Positions 24,409-36,588 of a stretch of DNA of 64,000 bases are shown piece after piece. This stretch comes from Octopus sinensis. Its lineage: Eukaryota. Location of the stretch: contig NC_043000.1 of NCBI RefSeq assembly GCF_006345805.1, positions 135,842,001-135,906,000 on the forward strand. The letters are read 5' to 3'. Numbering within the stretch: position 1 is the stretch's first letter; every line of letters starts with the position of its first letter. A program made the position numbers and the translations under genes. The notes below the pieces were generated by a model, which did no database searches, was not told the origin of the DNA, and worked only from the letters and a program-made list of their open reading frames with translations.

Positions 24409-25660
24409 CTATGACATTACAAATAGTGAAGCAAAAACGTAGACATTTGATCTAGAGAATAAATAATTATACAAGCGTGAAGTAAGTACACCAATTCTTT
24501 GCACGCAAACGTATGCATTTCATTTCTTCGCTCAAATTCAATGCACATTGATTAATTTAAATTCACGTATATACCAACAGAAAAATAATCAATATGTGAC
24601 AAACAGTCAATGTGTGTATCTTGGTTTGATATTATAGGTTAGGGATTCTAGGCTACAAAGAAAGTAAGTCTTAGGGTGACACTAGGTCGAAAACAAAAAC
24701 TACGGCGAAAATAAGTATTCTAAAACAGCTGTTAAACGTTACTAATCAAATATTTCATTTAAAAATTATGTGCCTAAATTAGCTTAGACGCACGTAACTA
24801 CAACAAGCATCACGTGAGATCTGAGTGACAGCAATAATTACTCTTAAAACCATGCAGTAGTGAAAAGCTAACTTACAATCAGAAATGTTGATTTAAGCTG
24901 ATTTAAGTGCACTTACAATATTTATAAAATAGAATAATTGGTAAGTAATGCTTAATATTAGTATAAGATATATTTCTAATGCAAAACTTATATTTGCATT
25001 TCAAACTACCAAACAACTCTTATTTAATGTGATTGCAACTTCAGTCGTATCACGTATCATGCATATCCGGATTGGTCAGACTTCTCCTAAAAGACATTTC
25101 ATACGTGACCATCACTTTTTTCAGGTATTGTACACATAGCACCACACATTCAGTCGCTCTTTCTTTTTTAATAGTGTGTGATTTGAGGGAGATTTTGATA
25201 ATATTTCTGCATGTTTCTAAATTATACATATATCCTTTCTAATTCATTTTGAGCGTTTATTTATAAATTAAATATCGGTTTCATTTTAGAAATCCTGAAA
25301 ATTCTGAATTTTAGTGAAGAAGAAATAGAAAATGCATGGTTCATATTTTTTCAATGTATTCTAACATATAATCTAACAACTGTTGCCTTCCCAGAATAAG
25401 ATTTAAATTGGTTTTGGTAACGCGTTTTCTTTGTGAGTGTATATATGTATGAGCGTATGTAAGTAGGATTGTATATCTTTTCAAACCTATATATTTGTAT
25501 TCTTTAAATTTCTTCAATAGTTCAGTTGTTTATCTCCAACCAACAGTTAAAGTTCCCTCACAAATGAGGAGAGCCAGATCAGCATTTTATCCAGTCAGTC
25601 ATAATATTGCTGTTTCTGTATGTGCAGATACACAGACACACAAACACACACACATGTATC

Positions 25661-25699
<39 letters not shown>

Positions 25700-25703
<4 letters not shown>

Positions 25704-26068
25704 GAGCAAAACGCCCCCCACCCGTCCAATGGACGGTGCTGAGTTGTCAAACATTCAAACCAAGTTTTCTCAAAACAACTTGTCCGACCGTCCCATAGGC
25801 CTCCCATTTGAGAAACACTGATTTAACCTAAATTTGAGACACCAGCAAAAGACGGATTTCGACTGATGTACTTGCTCGTACAAATGCACGTTCCCACGGC
25901 TTTATCGATCGCATTCTCACCTGCAATCGATTTTTGTAATTTTTTGAAGACTTATACACGGCCTGATACCGTCGGTATCTATATATGAAATTTGAGCGCA
26001 ATCGGATTGAGGATGCCCGAGATCCTAGAAGACACGCACACAGACAGACTGAACGGATTTTATATAAT
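25700..26068 (-). mobile_element. Helitron-like non-autonomous element
   Basis: Minus-strand 3' hairpin CCGTCC-ATT-GGACGG then CTCG|T (variant of CTAG). 5' ATATTATATAAAATCC resembles the other Helitron 5' ends. Confidence 0.55.
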
Positions 26069-26071
26069 ATA

Positions 26072-26294
26072 TCTCTTATTATAAAAGGCAGATTTTATCT
26101 GCCTCCCTTTGTCTCTTATAGAAATCTACAATATAGGATTTCTTCAATTACAATTTACCTAGCATTTTTAAGAGTAGAATACATCGGGTCGTGCCAGGTC
26201 CAGTTTTTCAAATTTCAACCCCAATTAAGCAAAATTTCGAGAAAACTCACATTGTGGTGTGTAAGTGAAGTGCTTTTCTTAGTGTGGGCTACAG

Positions 26295-26325
<31 letters not shown>

Positions 26326-26580
26326 AGCGAACTGCTTCACTGATGCTATCACCCTAATTTCTCCCACTTTCTCTTTGCAAGTGTACCTTAAACCACTACT
26401 CAAAAAAAAACAACACAGCAAACAGAAACAAATAAATACATAACGATTTACTCCTCACACAATTTCTTCAATTAGAGTTTACCTATGATTTTTCAAAGTA
26501 CTTCCATTCGGTCATGGCATACAAAATTTCTTTCAATTTCACCCCCATTTCAGAAAAAATTCGAGAAAACTAAATATTTT
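26072..26580 (+). mobile_element. Helitron-like 5' fragment, head-to-head with the preceding element
   Basis: Starts A|TCTCTTATTATAAAAGGC. No CTAG end found. Confidence 0.45.
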
Positions 26581-27266
26581 ACCATTTCACTCTTTCACTC
26601 TGCATTCCCACTTCCTCTTTACACACATAGACACGCAAATATATAAATAAAATTGTAAGCTAACGTGTGTGTGTGTGCGTGTGTGCGAGTGTGGTGTGTG
26701 TGTGTGCGTGTGTGTGAGTGTGGTGTGTGTGTGTGTGCGTGTGTGTGTGTGTGAGGGTGCGCGTGTGTGTGTGTGTGCGTGTGTGACACGCGAACTTCAA
26801 AAGAACTTCGCGCGCTATCTATCTGGTTTGCCATTCCTCACACACACGCATACACATACATATATGACAGTGACAAACACAAACGTTTCAAACAACTACA
26901 TACAGACACTCAAACACACACACACGTGTGTGTTTATTATTAGTAAAAAAGGCGCCAAACACAACTCACTTCTCATTCGAACACATTTGCAAAAACACAC
27001 CGACGGTCGGATTGCCATAACAATACAGAAAAGGTAAATTGGTTTTTAATTTACTTTCTGTCGTTAAATTTTGGTAGTATTAATTGGCGAGCGTACTTCT
27101 GTTGTCAATTGTTGACAGAAATAAATTGTAAGCTAATAAGGTGTGTGTGTGTGTGTGTAGGAAGTGAAGGATAAAAATATTGCAAGAAGTGGACAGATGT
27201 ACATATATACATCCATAAATACATGTGTGTGTGTGTCTATGTATGTGTATTAATGTGTGTGTGTTA

Positions 27267-27624
27267 TCTCTATATAAAGCTGAAGTTGTCTGTGTGCATC
27301 ACGTTTGGTAACCTTCAACTAACACTATCTCCTCCGAGACCCTGCGGCGCAAGTTGACCAAAATTGAAAGTATGATAGAAGAAGGGTTGCTCTTCCCTCC
27401 GTAGAACATAAAATTCAAATCGGACCATGTTAACACCAAAAATTATTTACATCAAAAAGCTGCTTTTTTCTATGAAAATCCCTATTTTTTACGATTTTTT
27501 CACTGCTGTGTCGCCACTTTTCGGTGTATTTCGACCAGAAAAATGTTCACAAAATTTTTACTTTTCAAAATTACAATTCCAGCGGGTCGAAACAAACCCG
27601 AGCAACGCCGGGCGATATTGCTAG
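27267..27624 (+). mobile_element. Non-autonomous Helitron
   Basis: A|TC start, 3' hairpin CCCGAGCAACGCCGGG, CTAG|T end at 27621-27624. Confidence 0.85.
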
Positions 27625-28307
27625 TATATATATAGACGGCAAAATGGCTGTGTATCTGTGTGTCTACGTGTGTCCTTTATACAAATCCACAGTTTTTCAC
27701 GTAAATGGCTTGCATTTTCTATGGGCTTTCAAAATTGTCTGAGGGTGGTCGTGAAGCTCTTTTTATTTCCCCAGTCACCCCAGAAAGCCATTAAAAAATC
27801 GATAATCCGACCCCTTATGCCCATAAATTATGGGCATATCCATTCAAAATCGCTAAAACATAGAAATTTCTACGCGGTGTGTGCGTACAGCCAGATACGC
27901 CAATAGTCTGCAAGCTGTTTTTTGATTGGACGGAGATAATTTTACCCATGACAGTTGAATGCGCGTGCGCATTTGCAGAGAGCCTGTATGACTCAGCGCA
28001 CTTTTGTGTTTTGCGAAGACGCGTTATCATGTGTTTTGGCTTTCAAACGTGCACGCTTTTTTGATTTGTGGAAGGCAGGGAATAATTTACGAGTTAGGAT
28101 CTCCAAAGCTACATTCTTCAATGGTCCTTAATTCAATGCAGTCGTCCTCGGAGTCTATTTTCCTCACTAACAACTTTGTGTAATGGAGTAATAATCTAAG
28201 TGGTTCCTAGATCATTTGGGGTCTATTTTTAGCAGACTGGTGTTGTAATCATTTCAATACTCTTATTAAATAATATTTACATATATACATACATATATAT
28301 GTATGTA

Positions 28308-28435
<128 letters not shown>

Positions 28436-28444
28436 ATTAATTTT

Positions 28445-28702
28445 TTTTACCCACACTCTAATATAATATTAATATTGCTAATATATTTTCAGATACTCTA
28501 TCTCCTAATTAGCCTTAAGATTAAACAACGTTTTTATCCACACTCTAATATAATATTAATATTGCTAATACATTTTCAGATACTCTATCCCCTAATTAGC
28601 CTTAAGATTAAATAACGTTTTTACCCAAATAACGTTTTTACACAAACTTTAATATTGTTAATATTTCTTTTTCAAGTACTCTATCTTCTAATTAGCCTTA
28701 AT
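28445..28702. repeat. 87-bp AT-rich minisatellite, two good copies and one degenerate copy
   Basis: CCACACTCTAATATAAT at 28451 and 28538. Confidence 0.85.
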
Positions 28703-28762
28703 ATCTTCCTGTCTTCTCTCGAACATAATTAGATAGATAAACGGATAGACGGATTATCCAGC

Positions 28763-29674
28763 ATGTCCAGAGCATGGAGACGTGACGAGCTGGATTTATT
28801 CGTACGAGCATGGGAGTGCGCCGGCGGAGATAGCCCTAGGGAGGTGATTGCGGCTGCGCTGAAGAGCAGAGGCTACAAGAGGACAGCGGCTCAGATGGAG
28901 CGAAAGAGACAGGAATTCGTGCGCTCATATGCGCTTGTACGGTCGCACATTGGCGCACTTGATGCCATCTTTGAGAACGAGCGGAGCAAAGATGGCAAGA
29001 ATGGAGACGATGAAAGAAGTCACCCCCACCTGGTGGACGCCCGGGAGGAGGTTTTGAATGAGAAACCTGCCCGGGAAGTGAACCCAGGTGCAAGTTCTCC
29101 AACCGGCAGCAAGGGCCATGGAGACGGAGAACCCGGTGAAGAGGTAGAGGGAGGAAGAAGAACTAAAAGAAGGACTGGAAGAGCTAAAGGAAAAGAAAAA
29201 GCTCAAGCAGGACCAAAGAGTGAAACAACCAGAAATAGAAGTGGAACCGCAAAGGATGGAACCAAACAGCGCACACGGGTGTGTATGTTCTACCTGAGAG
29301 GTTCCTGCTGGCATGGAAAGGAAGGTTCAGGCTGCCGCTTTGCACATCGGGGACCCTGCCACAGAGACACGAGGCAGATGGACAAACCATCAACACAAAG
29401 AAAAGGGATGGACCACGCACCACCTGCCCCAAAGCGGAGGTACGCAGATGTTGTGCGCGCCACAAACAGCCAACATGATGTTGTCGAAAGAGCAGCTGCT
29501 GAGCAACAATCTTTTTTGTGCATGGCACAAAAGATTGTACAGCAGCTGACCTGGCTTCATCAAACCCAAGCCCGCAGGTGGGACTACCCACTATATACCA
29601 GACCACCACAGCAAACAGACACAGGATGGACACCGCCGGCAACAACGTACACCTCACCTCGATACTCCTACTGA
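28763..29674 (+). CDS. LINE ORF1 protein: Myb/SANT trihelix-like N-terminus, basic linker, CCCH zinc finger
   Basis: W..DE...FVRAW...VIAAALKSRGYKRTAAQ..RK...F..SY fits the trihelix pattern. C-x7-C-x8-C-x3-H at about 29282-29347. Confidence 0.75.
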   Translation: MSRAWRRDELDLFVRAWECAGGDSPREVIAAALKSRGYKRTAAQMERKRQEFVRSYALVRSHIGALDAIFENERSKDGKNGDDERSHPHLVDAREEVLNEKPAREVNPGASSPTGSKGHGDGEPGEEVEGGRRTKRRTGRAKGKEKAQAGPKSETTRNRSGTAKDGTKQRTRVCMFYLRGSCWHGKEGSGCRFAHRGPCHRDTRQMDKPSTQRKGMDHAPPAPKRRYADVVRATNSQHDVVERAAAEQQSFLCMAQKIVQQLTWLHQTQARRWDYPLYTRPPQQTDTGWTPPATTYTSPRYSY

Positions 29675-31412
29675 ACATCAGAGGACTGCAAACACTCAGT
29701 AACAGGACAAAAATCCCGTTCCTGAGAGACTTTGTTGCATGCAATCAAGCCTTATGCATAGCACTTACAGAAACGCACCTGAAACCGGACATAGCAGATG
29801 CGGAGTTACACATACCACAGTATGCTGTACTACGGACCGACAGGAAAGAAAGGAGTCATGGAGGTGTTGCTATGTACATCCGTGAGGACCTCACACCCCA
29901 GGTCCTCTTGTCATACTCAAACTCGGTGTGTGACACACTAATTGTACATATTAGGCAACTTGATGTAGTTGTGTGTGCTACATATCGCCCTCCAGATGCC
30001 CCAAGCCATGTGGGCAAGTTTGAAGACTGCCTTATAAAAATAGAAGAAATTCTAACCACATTAGAACAACACATAGGTGTGCTTCTTATGGGAGACTTCA
30101 ATCTGCCCAATGTCAGATGGCCCGAGGGCCTTTCTCTCCCAGGAATGACAAGATGTGAACGAGGACAGGCGAGGTCCCTCCTGAACCTCATCAACAACCT
30201 GTACATGGAGCAGGTAATACTCCAACCAACCAGGGCAGGTAACACACTGGATCTCTGCTTCACAAATGACATGGATCTCATCCATAATGTGAAAGTGACA
30301 CCGACACTACTCTCGGATCACAACATGATAGAGCTGACCATGTACGGGCCAAAAGAGAGCACGGACATGCAGCCTACAAGAAATCCTCAAAATCTTTCCA
30401 GCTTGAACTACCATAAGGCAAACTGGAAACAAATTGAGAAAGAGATCCTCAAACAAAACTGGCCTAAATGTCTCTCCTCGCCAGACATCGACGTGAAACT
30501 TCAACAATTCATGTCTGTAATGCAAGCCATATGCTACAAATGTGTCCCAGAGAGAAAGGCCACTGTACACAAGAACAAAATCCCCAGAGAGAGGAAAATT
30601 TTAATGAGACGGCGTACGAAATTTTCAAATCGCCTAAACAAACAGATTGAAAGCAGTGAAAAGTCCCGCCTAAAAATAAAACTGTTGGAAATCGAAAAAT
30701 GTGTGCAACTCTCCCATGAAAAAGAAAGAGCAGACAAAGAAGCCTGGGCTATAGAAAACATAAAATCTAACCCCAGAGCTTTCTACAGGTATGCCAAAGA
30801 AACAGCTACAGTGCACTGTAGAATAGGGCCACTCCTCGAAAAGGATGGCACACTTACAGGAAAACCAATGAGGGTAAGTGAAATACTGAATGAGCAATTC
30901 AAGAGTGTTTTCACTCCACCCCTTGGGCATCTCCAAATCACCAATCCAACTGACTTTTTTACCACTGCAGATATAAAATCAGAGGCGGCGACGATAGATT
31001 ACATCGATATAAAGGAAGACGATGTAACCAAGGCTATAGATGAAATGAAAACAGACTCAGCTACTGGCCCCGATGGATTCCCGGCAATCCTCCTAAAAGC
31101 ATGTAAGAGAGTCCTAGCAAGACCACTGCAGTTCCTCTTTCAGAGCTTCCTTGCAGCTGGCAAACTTCCAGGAAAACTGAAGGAAGCTACAATATGCCCT
31201 ATTCATAAAGGAGGTAGCAGAGCGGAAGCCAAGAACTATAGACCTATCTCTCTGACCTCACACATCAGCAAGGTCATGGAACGAATAGTCAGAAGGAAGC
31301 TGATCACCTTCCTTGAAGAGAATGACTTGATGCCCGACACCCAACATGGTTTCCGACCAGGGAGAAGCTGTTTAACTCAGCTCCTACAACACTATGACTG
31401 GGTGCTGAAACG
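29626..31412 (+). CDS. LINE ORF2, 5' part: APE endonuclease and N-terminal RT
   Basis: NIRGL, LTETHL, GGVAMY, GDFNLP, PTRAGNTLDL, SDH, GPDG, NYRPISLTS, QHGFRPGRSC. Likely start is Met37 of track ORF 29518..31440. Confidence 0.9.
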
Positions 31413-32621
31413 CTGCTCAACCACTCAAATGTGGAAGTGATATATCTCGACTTTGCAAAGGCCTTTGATAAAGTCGATCATGGAATGATATGTCACAAAC
31501 TGCGTGATCTCAACATAGTTGGAAAACTGGGAGAATGGCTTCATGACTTTCTGAAGGATAGAAGTCAGGTGGTAGTAGCCAATGGGGCCACCTCCATTAA
31601 CACACAAATAGTGAGCGGTGTTCCGCAAGGCACTGTTCTGGGACCACTACTGTTCATAATGGCCCTCTCAGACATGCCCTCAGCCACGCAGAGAGCCACG
31701 ATCACAACTTATGCAGATGATACAAAAGTTTCACAGGCAATACAGAACCCTGAGGACACTAAACACCTGCAATGTGAGCTGGACGAAATATACAAGTGGG
31801 CTGAAAAGAATAGCATGCAGTTCAATGCTGGAAAGTTTCAAGCTTTATACTATCAGCATGCAAAACTGAATGCAATACCCAATGAATACACTGGACCCGG
31901 AGGGATTGCAATCCCAGAGGCACAATCAGTGCGTGACCTGGGTATTCACATGAGTGATGACGCGACCTTTCATGTACATGTTGCTAAACTGACAATGAAA
32001 TGTAGACGGCTGGCTGGATGGATTCTTAGAACCTTTAGAACAAGAGAACAAGAAACCATGATGGTCCTCTGGAAGACACTTGTCCTAAGCCACTTTGACT
32101 ATTGCTCTCAGCTATGGTCACCATCCAGTGTCAAGTTGATCACAGAACTTGAGGCGATCCAACGAAGCTACACAAAGAAGATAGCCTCTATGCAGAATGT
32201 AAGCTACTGGGAAAGACTCAAGAGATTAAAATTATATTCCCTGGAGCGTAGGCGGGAAAGATATGCCATAATATACATCTGGAAGATCCTGGAGGGAAGT
32301 GTCCTGAACTTTGGCATCGAGAGTTACGCAAATGCCAGAACTGGGCGCCACTGCGTGGTGCCTAGGACTCCAAACCTGCCATCAAGATGTAGGACAAGAT
32401 TCTGTGATAGCCTGGGCTTCCGAGGCCCACAGCTCTTCAATATCCTCCCGAAGAACCTGAGAGACCTGCATGGGGTGGATAAGGATGTCTTTAAAATGAA
32501 GCTGGATCTCTTCCTGTCAGGTGTCCCAGATGAACCAACTTCACGGCAGGAGGGGCAGATGAGGGCAGCTGCATCGAACTCTCTCATGCACCAAATAGCA
32601 GTTGCTAGAAAGCCTCCATGA
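31413..32621 (+). CDS. LINE ORF2, 3' part: RT core and C-terminus, after a 1-bp frameshift
   Basis: Restoring one base in AAAC_GCTG gives LLNHSNVEVIYLDFAKAFDKVDH, then GVPQGTVLGPLLF, YADD, RDLG, YSLERRRERY. Confidence 0.9.
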   Translation: MLNHSNVEVIYLDFAKAFDKVDHGMICHKLRDLNIVGKLGEWLHDFLKDRSQVVVANGATSINTQIVSGVPQGTVLGPLLFIMALSDMPSATQRATITTYADDTKVSQAIQNPEDTKHLQCELDEIYKWAEKNSMQFNAGKFQALYYQHAKLNAIPNEYTGPGGIAIPEAQSVRDLGIHMSDDATFHVHVAKLTMKCRRLAGWILRTFRTREQETMMVLWKTLVLSHFDYCSQLWSPSSVKLITELEAIQRSYTKKIASMQNVSYWERLKRLKLYSLERRRERYAIIYIWKILEGSVLNFGIESYANARTGRHCVVPRTPNLPSRCRTRFCDSLGFRGPQLFNILPKNLRDLHGVDKDVFKMKLDLFLSGVPDEPTSRQEGQMRAAASNSLMHQIAVARKPP

Positions 32622-32841
32622 AGTGAAACCAAGTAGCAACACCAAATGGCGGTGCCCCAGCATGGCCACAGCTCATAAGCTGAAACTAGAATCAATCAAT
32701 CAATCAATCAATCAATTAATTATTTTGATTAATTTACTCCACCACCTACACCACCAAATGGTATATACAGTTGCTTACAATTATCAATACTCACCCTGAA
32801 TTTTTGTACCCAACTCACCTACGTTGTCACCTGGATTGGAT

Positions 32842-32891
<50 letters not shown>

Positions 32892-32938
32892 ATGTAGATA
32901 TATATGGATATATATATGTATATATATGTATATATATA

Positions 32939-33013
<75 letters not shown>

Positions 33014-33126
33014 TTGCTGTAAAACATTCATGCTCTTAACTGTGGTTTGGACTTTTTGATTGTTCTTTCTAATATATTAGGCAACCTGTTATGGCTTGCT
33101 GTTTTGTGTTTAAATGTATACTAATT

Positions 33127-33178
<52 letters not shown>

Positions 33179-33371
33179 CGTGTGTGTGTGTGTGTGCGTG
33201 TATGTGTATGTATATTTGTACATATATACATATATATATATATATGTATGCATATATATAGACAGATACATACATATATACGTATATCTACACACACACA
33301 CACTCACACAAACACTCTCACACACACACACACACACACACGCACACACGCGTATACATGTCATATTTCTG

Positions 33372-33905
33372 TGGAGGACATGTGACATGTGATTGCAGCT
33401 GCCTCCAAATGCCACCTTTCTATACGACAAGATATCGCTAAGATTATATAATGGCATTCGGAAAAAAAACTCTCCTAGAATAAATACAAAGAATCTCAAT
33501 GCTATTGGATGCATACACAAACACCAATACAAGGAATATTGGTGGAACATTTCCATCAAAATCTCTTTCAAGTGGAAACATAACAGGCCAAATATTGTAT
33601 TTTGGGGCACAAGAAAATTAACGTACCGTTATAGATTACAGCTGCCTTGTTGATGTGAATATTTCTCTGAGAATCAAAGGAAAAGAGAATAATTATGGAG
33701 AACTGCTTCGAAATCTCCAGATTATATATTTACATTTATACCAGTAATTGGTGAACGTGGTTTTTTGTAAGTCCTTAGGTGACAATCTTTGTAAGCTGGA
33801 GTTTTCGGAAAAAAAATCGACCGGCTAACTCATTCATAACAAATATATATCTGTAACTGAGATTGTTAAAAATATGCAAGACTTTTATCAAATTTAAAAT
33901 ATAAC
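33372..33905 (+). mobile_element. Degenerate RLE-type LINE 3' fragment, related to 2473-3270
   Basis: EYWWNISIK...KHNRPNIVFW...IDYSCLVDVNI...KENNYGELLRNLQIIY across frameshifts. Confidence 0.75.
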
Positions 33906-34059
33906 TTTGTTTGTTGTTATTTACATTCCAACGGTGGAGCTATGTATCTATTTTAGAAATCAGCTCCTTCTTCAGAGGAAGAATTCGAATAATAAAAACA
34001 GAAGAAAATACAGACACACACACACGTACATGCATACATATATACATACATACATACAT

Positions 34060-34347
34060 TATGACTGCCCCCTCGTTATCGAGTATGGCCATTGCACGAA
34101 GTTTAACTGTTACTGGTGCTGTGATCGAATGTGACTTTTTAGCCCAGCTAAAGATCTACAATGTCTTGTACAAAATTGGCAACTAAGACCTTTATTGGTA
34201 ATAGCCGGCTGTAGTTGTAACTGGGCTTCATGTACCTTTGCATGTCGTTTAAGTCCTCCTGCCGAATTACACTCTCTTCCACATGCCCGACAAATATGAT
34301 TAGTATGGTGTGTTACACCACCACTAGTGGCCAGGTTGTCACTCATC
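34060..34347 (-). mobile_element. RTE-like LINE extreme 3' fragment with two C2H2-type fingers, flanked by (CATA)n
   Basis: CRACGRECNSAGGLKRHAKVH and CQFCTRHCRSLAGLKSHIRSQH. 3' end CATACTCGATAACGAGGGGGCAGTC followed by (ATGT)n. Confidence 0.75.
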
Positions 34348-35765
34348 TACACATACATACATACATACATACATACATACATACATACATACATACATAC
34401 ATACATACGTATAATATGCGTGTATTAAGGGTGCAAGTCTATTTCTTCATACTTGTGTTCACAAAACCACTTTTCTGATGGTCCAACATTTTGGTACTCG
34501 GTGAAAAATTTTGTTGTGGTAGTGATGTATTTTACAGCAAGGTTTTCCTTTGACCTCTAATACTAAATTATTTAATCTCATATCCTAATTGAAATCACAT
34601 GATCCGGCTTTAAAATATTTCTCCCCTCACTCTATTGCAAGTATTAGGTGTAGGTCCTCGATCTGAGAGTAGCTTTCCCCTATCCTACCACCAGTGACTT
34701 CTGTTACCTCTTTCTAAATGATAAAATTTCAAAACAATAAACAGAGCTAAAAAAGTATTGTTAAACTGACCTCAAAACCGATATGAAAACTGATTGTGCC
34801 ACTAATTCAAATGCACAGCTTTGTCACCCATGTTTCACTGATTCTGCAAAAGAATTACCTTCAGGATATACCAATCTGTGAAATGCTAAACCACTTATAC
34901 ATTAATTTAATGAACAGGTAATTCAGTTGCTCTAATGATGCATCGTCGAAACTGACGCAGACCCATCCATGTATGCATTTATGTGCTACTATGTAAGTGT
35001 CATTGTGCATATGTCTGCATGTCAATGTGTTTATTTGAGTTTTAAACAGCAACTTAATACAAATTTTCCACTGTTACTTTGCTAATCTTTACATATAATG
35101 AAAATATTTTACACTCGAAACAATGGATTTAAAAAAATATCCTATGAATTTAGTTTCTTTTCTTCTTTATTCCAAATGCTATAGATACTGAAGAGAATAA
35201 ATGTCTAAATCAATAGATTTGAAAACAAAGTCAGATTCATAAATATCTGTCATTGATTATTTAGTACAAGTCGCTATTGTTTAGCAAGGAACAAAATATT
35301 TGTAGACAAGCAATTATTATTATAATACGTTAGCGTTAACCTATTTATATCATGAAGCATTAACAAGCTGGTAACATATTAATTTCTTTAATAGCTTTTG
35401 TCAGTGGTAGAGGGGTAGGTTTGTGAAAACTTTTCAGAGAATCTGAGACATGTGAAAAGAAGAAAGAGAGTTATTTTCATAAATTCACTGACGGGGACAG
35501 AGTGGTGATGTTAAGCCGAGTGATGAGTTAAAGCAACAACCCAGAAAGGAACCATCTTCCTTACAGGTTTTAACGTAGTCTCGCTCAGTCCAATTTCATT
35601 CAGAATATTTTGATTAACCCAATGCTATGATAGAAGGAATTTTTGCTAAGAAGGCACGATGCAAAATCGAACCCGAAACCACATATTTACAAAGTGAACT
35701 TCTAAACCAAACAGCCATACTTAGTCTAATAAGCATCCACCCATCCGCAAAAATTCAAAAACAAT

Positions 35766-36176
35766 AGGCGCAGGAGTGGCTGTGTGGTAAGTAGCTTGCT
35801 AACCAACCACATGGTTCCGGGTTCAGTCCCACTGCGTGGCATCTTGGGCAGGTGTCTTCTGCTATAGCTCCGGGCCGACCAATGCCTTGTGAGTGGATTT
35901 GGTAGACGGAAACTGAAAGAAGCCTGTCGTATATATGTATATATATAGGTATATGTGTGTGTGTGTGTGTTTGTGTGTCTGTGTTTGTCCCCCTAGCATT
36001 GCTTGACAACCAATGCTGGTGTGTTTACGTCCCCGTCACTTAGCGGTTCGGCAAAAGAGATCGATAGAATAAGTACTGGGCTTACAAAGAATAAGTCCCG
36101 GGGTCGATTTGCTCGACTAAAGGCGGTGCTCCAGCATGGCCGCAGTCAAATGACTGAAACAATTAAAAGAGTAAAT
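35766..36176 (+). mobile_element. SINE family A, full length
   Basis: Head AGGCGCAGGAGTGGCTGTGTGG, B-box-like GGTTCAGTCCC, tail at 36122-36160. Confidence 0.92.
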
Positions 36177-36588
36177 GTTTTAGTCAATTACTACTAGTAT
36201 TTTGCTTTAACCTAGTGCAGCAGACAATTACAGGTATGTTTCGGTTTTTCATGACTTCAGTCTTTACTTTCTTCATCTACGCCAATAAACAGACAGTCGT
36301 GTGAGTCATTAATCTCTATTTTGGAAAATACGGTTAAGTTTCCTCTCATATTTGCCGGCCTTTCATCCTTCCTGATTTGATAAAATAACTGTGATGAACT
36401 GGGGTCGAACTTTTGCCACAGTAAGAATTTTTGGTTTCACACATTCGCAAAAACAAAGGAAGGAATATAGTGATGTGGGTACAGAATAAGCATTTCTACT
36501 ATAGGCACAAGGCTTGAAATTTTGTGGGAGGAGGCCAGTCGATAAGATCAACCCCAGTACGCAACTGGTACGTAATTTATCGTACATA

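Larger units (their letters stand above)
28740..32715 (+). mobile_element. Near-full-length CR1-group LINE (ORF1 plus APE-RT ORF2), (ATCA)n tail
   Basis: Sharp rise in GC content, two overlapping ORFs, about 70-bp 3' UTR and (ATCA)n at 32691-32715. The 5' boundary is approximate and no clear TSD was found. Confidence 0.92.

Noticed and set aside
24197-24442. Plus-strand 81-aa ORF (GQVLDGFYLIQ) as an exon
   Set aside because: No clear splice boundaries or recognised domain. The opposite strand fits a lectin-like pattern about equally weakly.
35766-35845. tRNA genes at SINE heads (also 43289, 45003, 50443)
   Set aside because: A/B boxes are present, but there is no full cloverleaf and each is fused to a repeat body.
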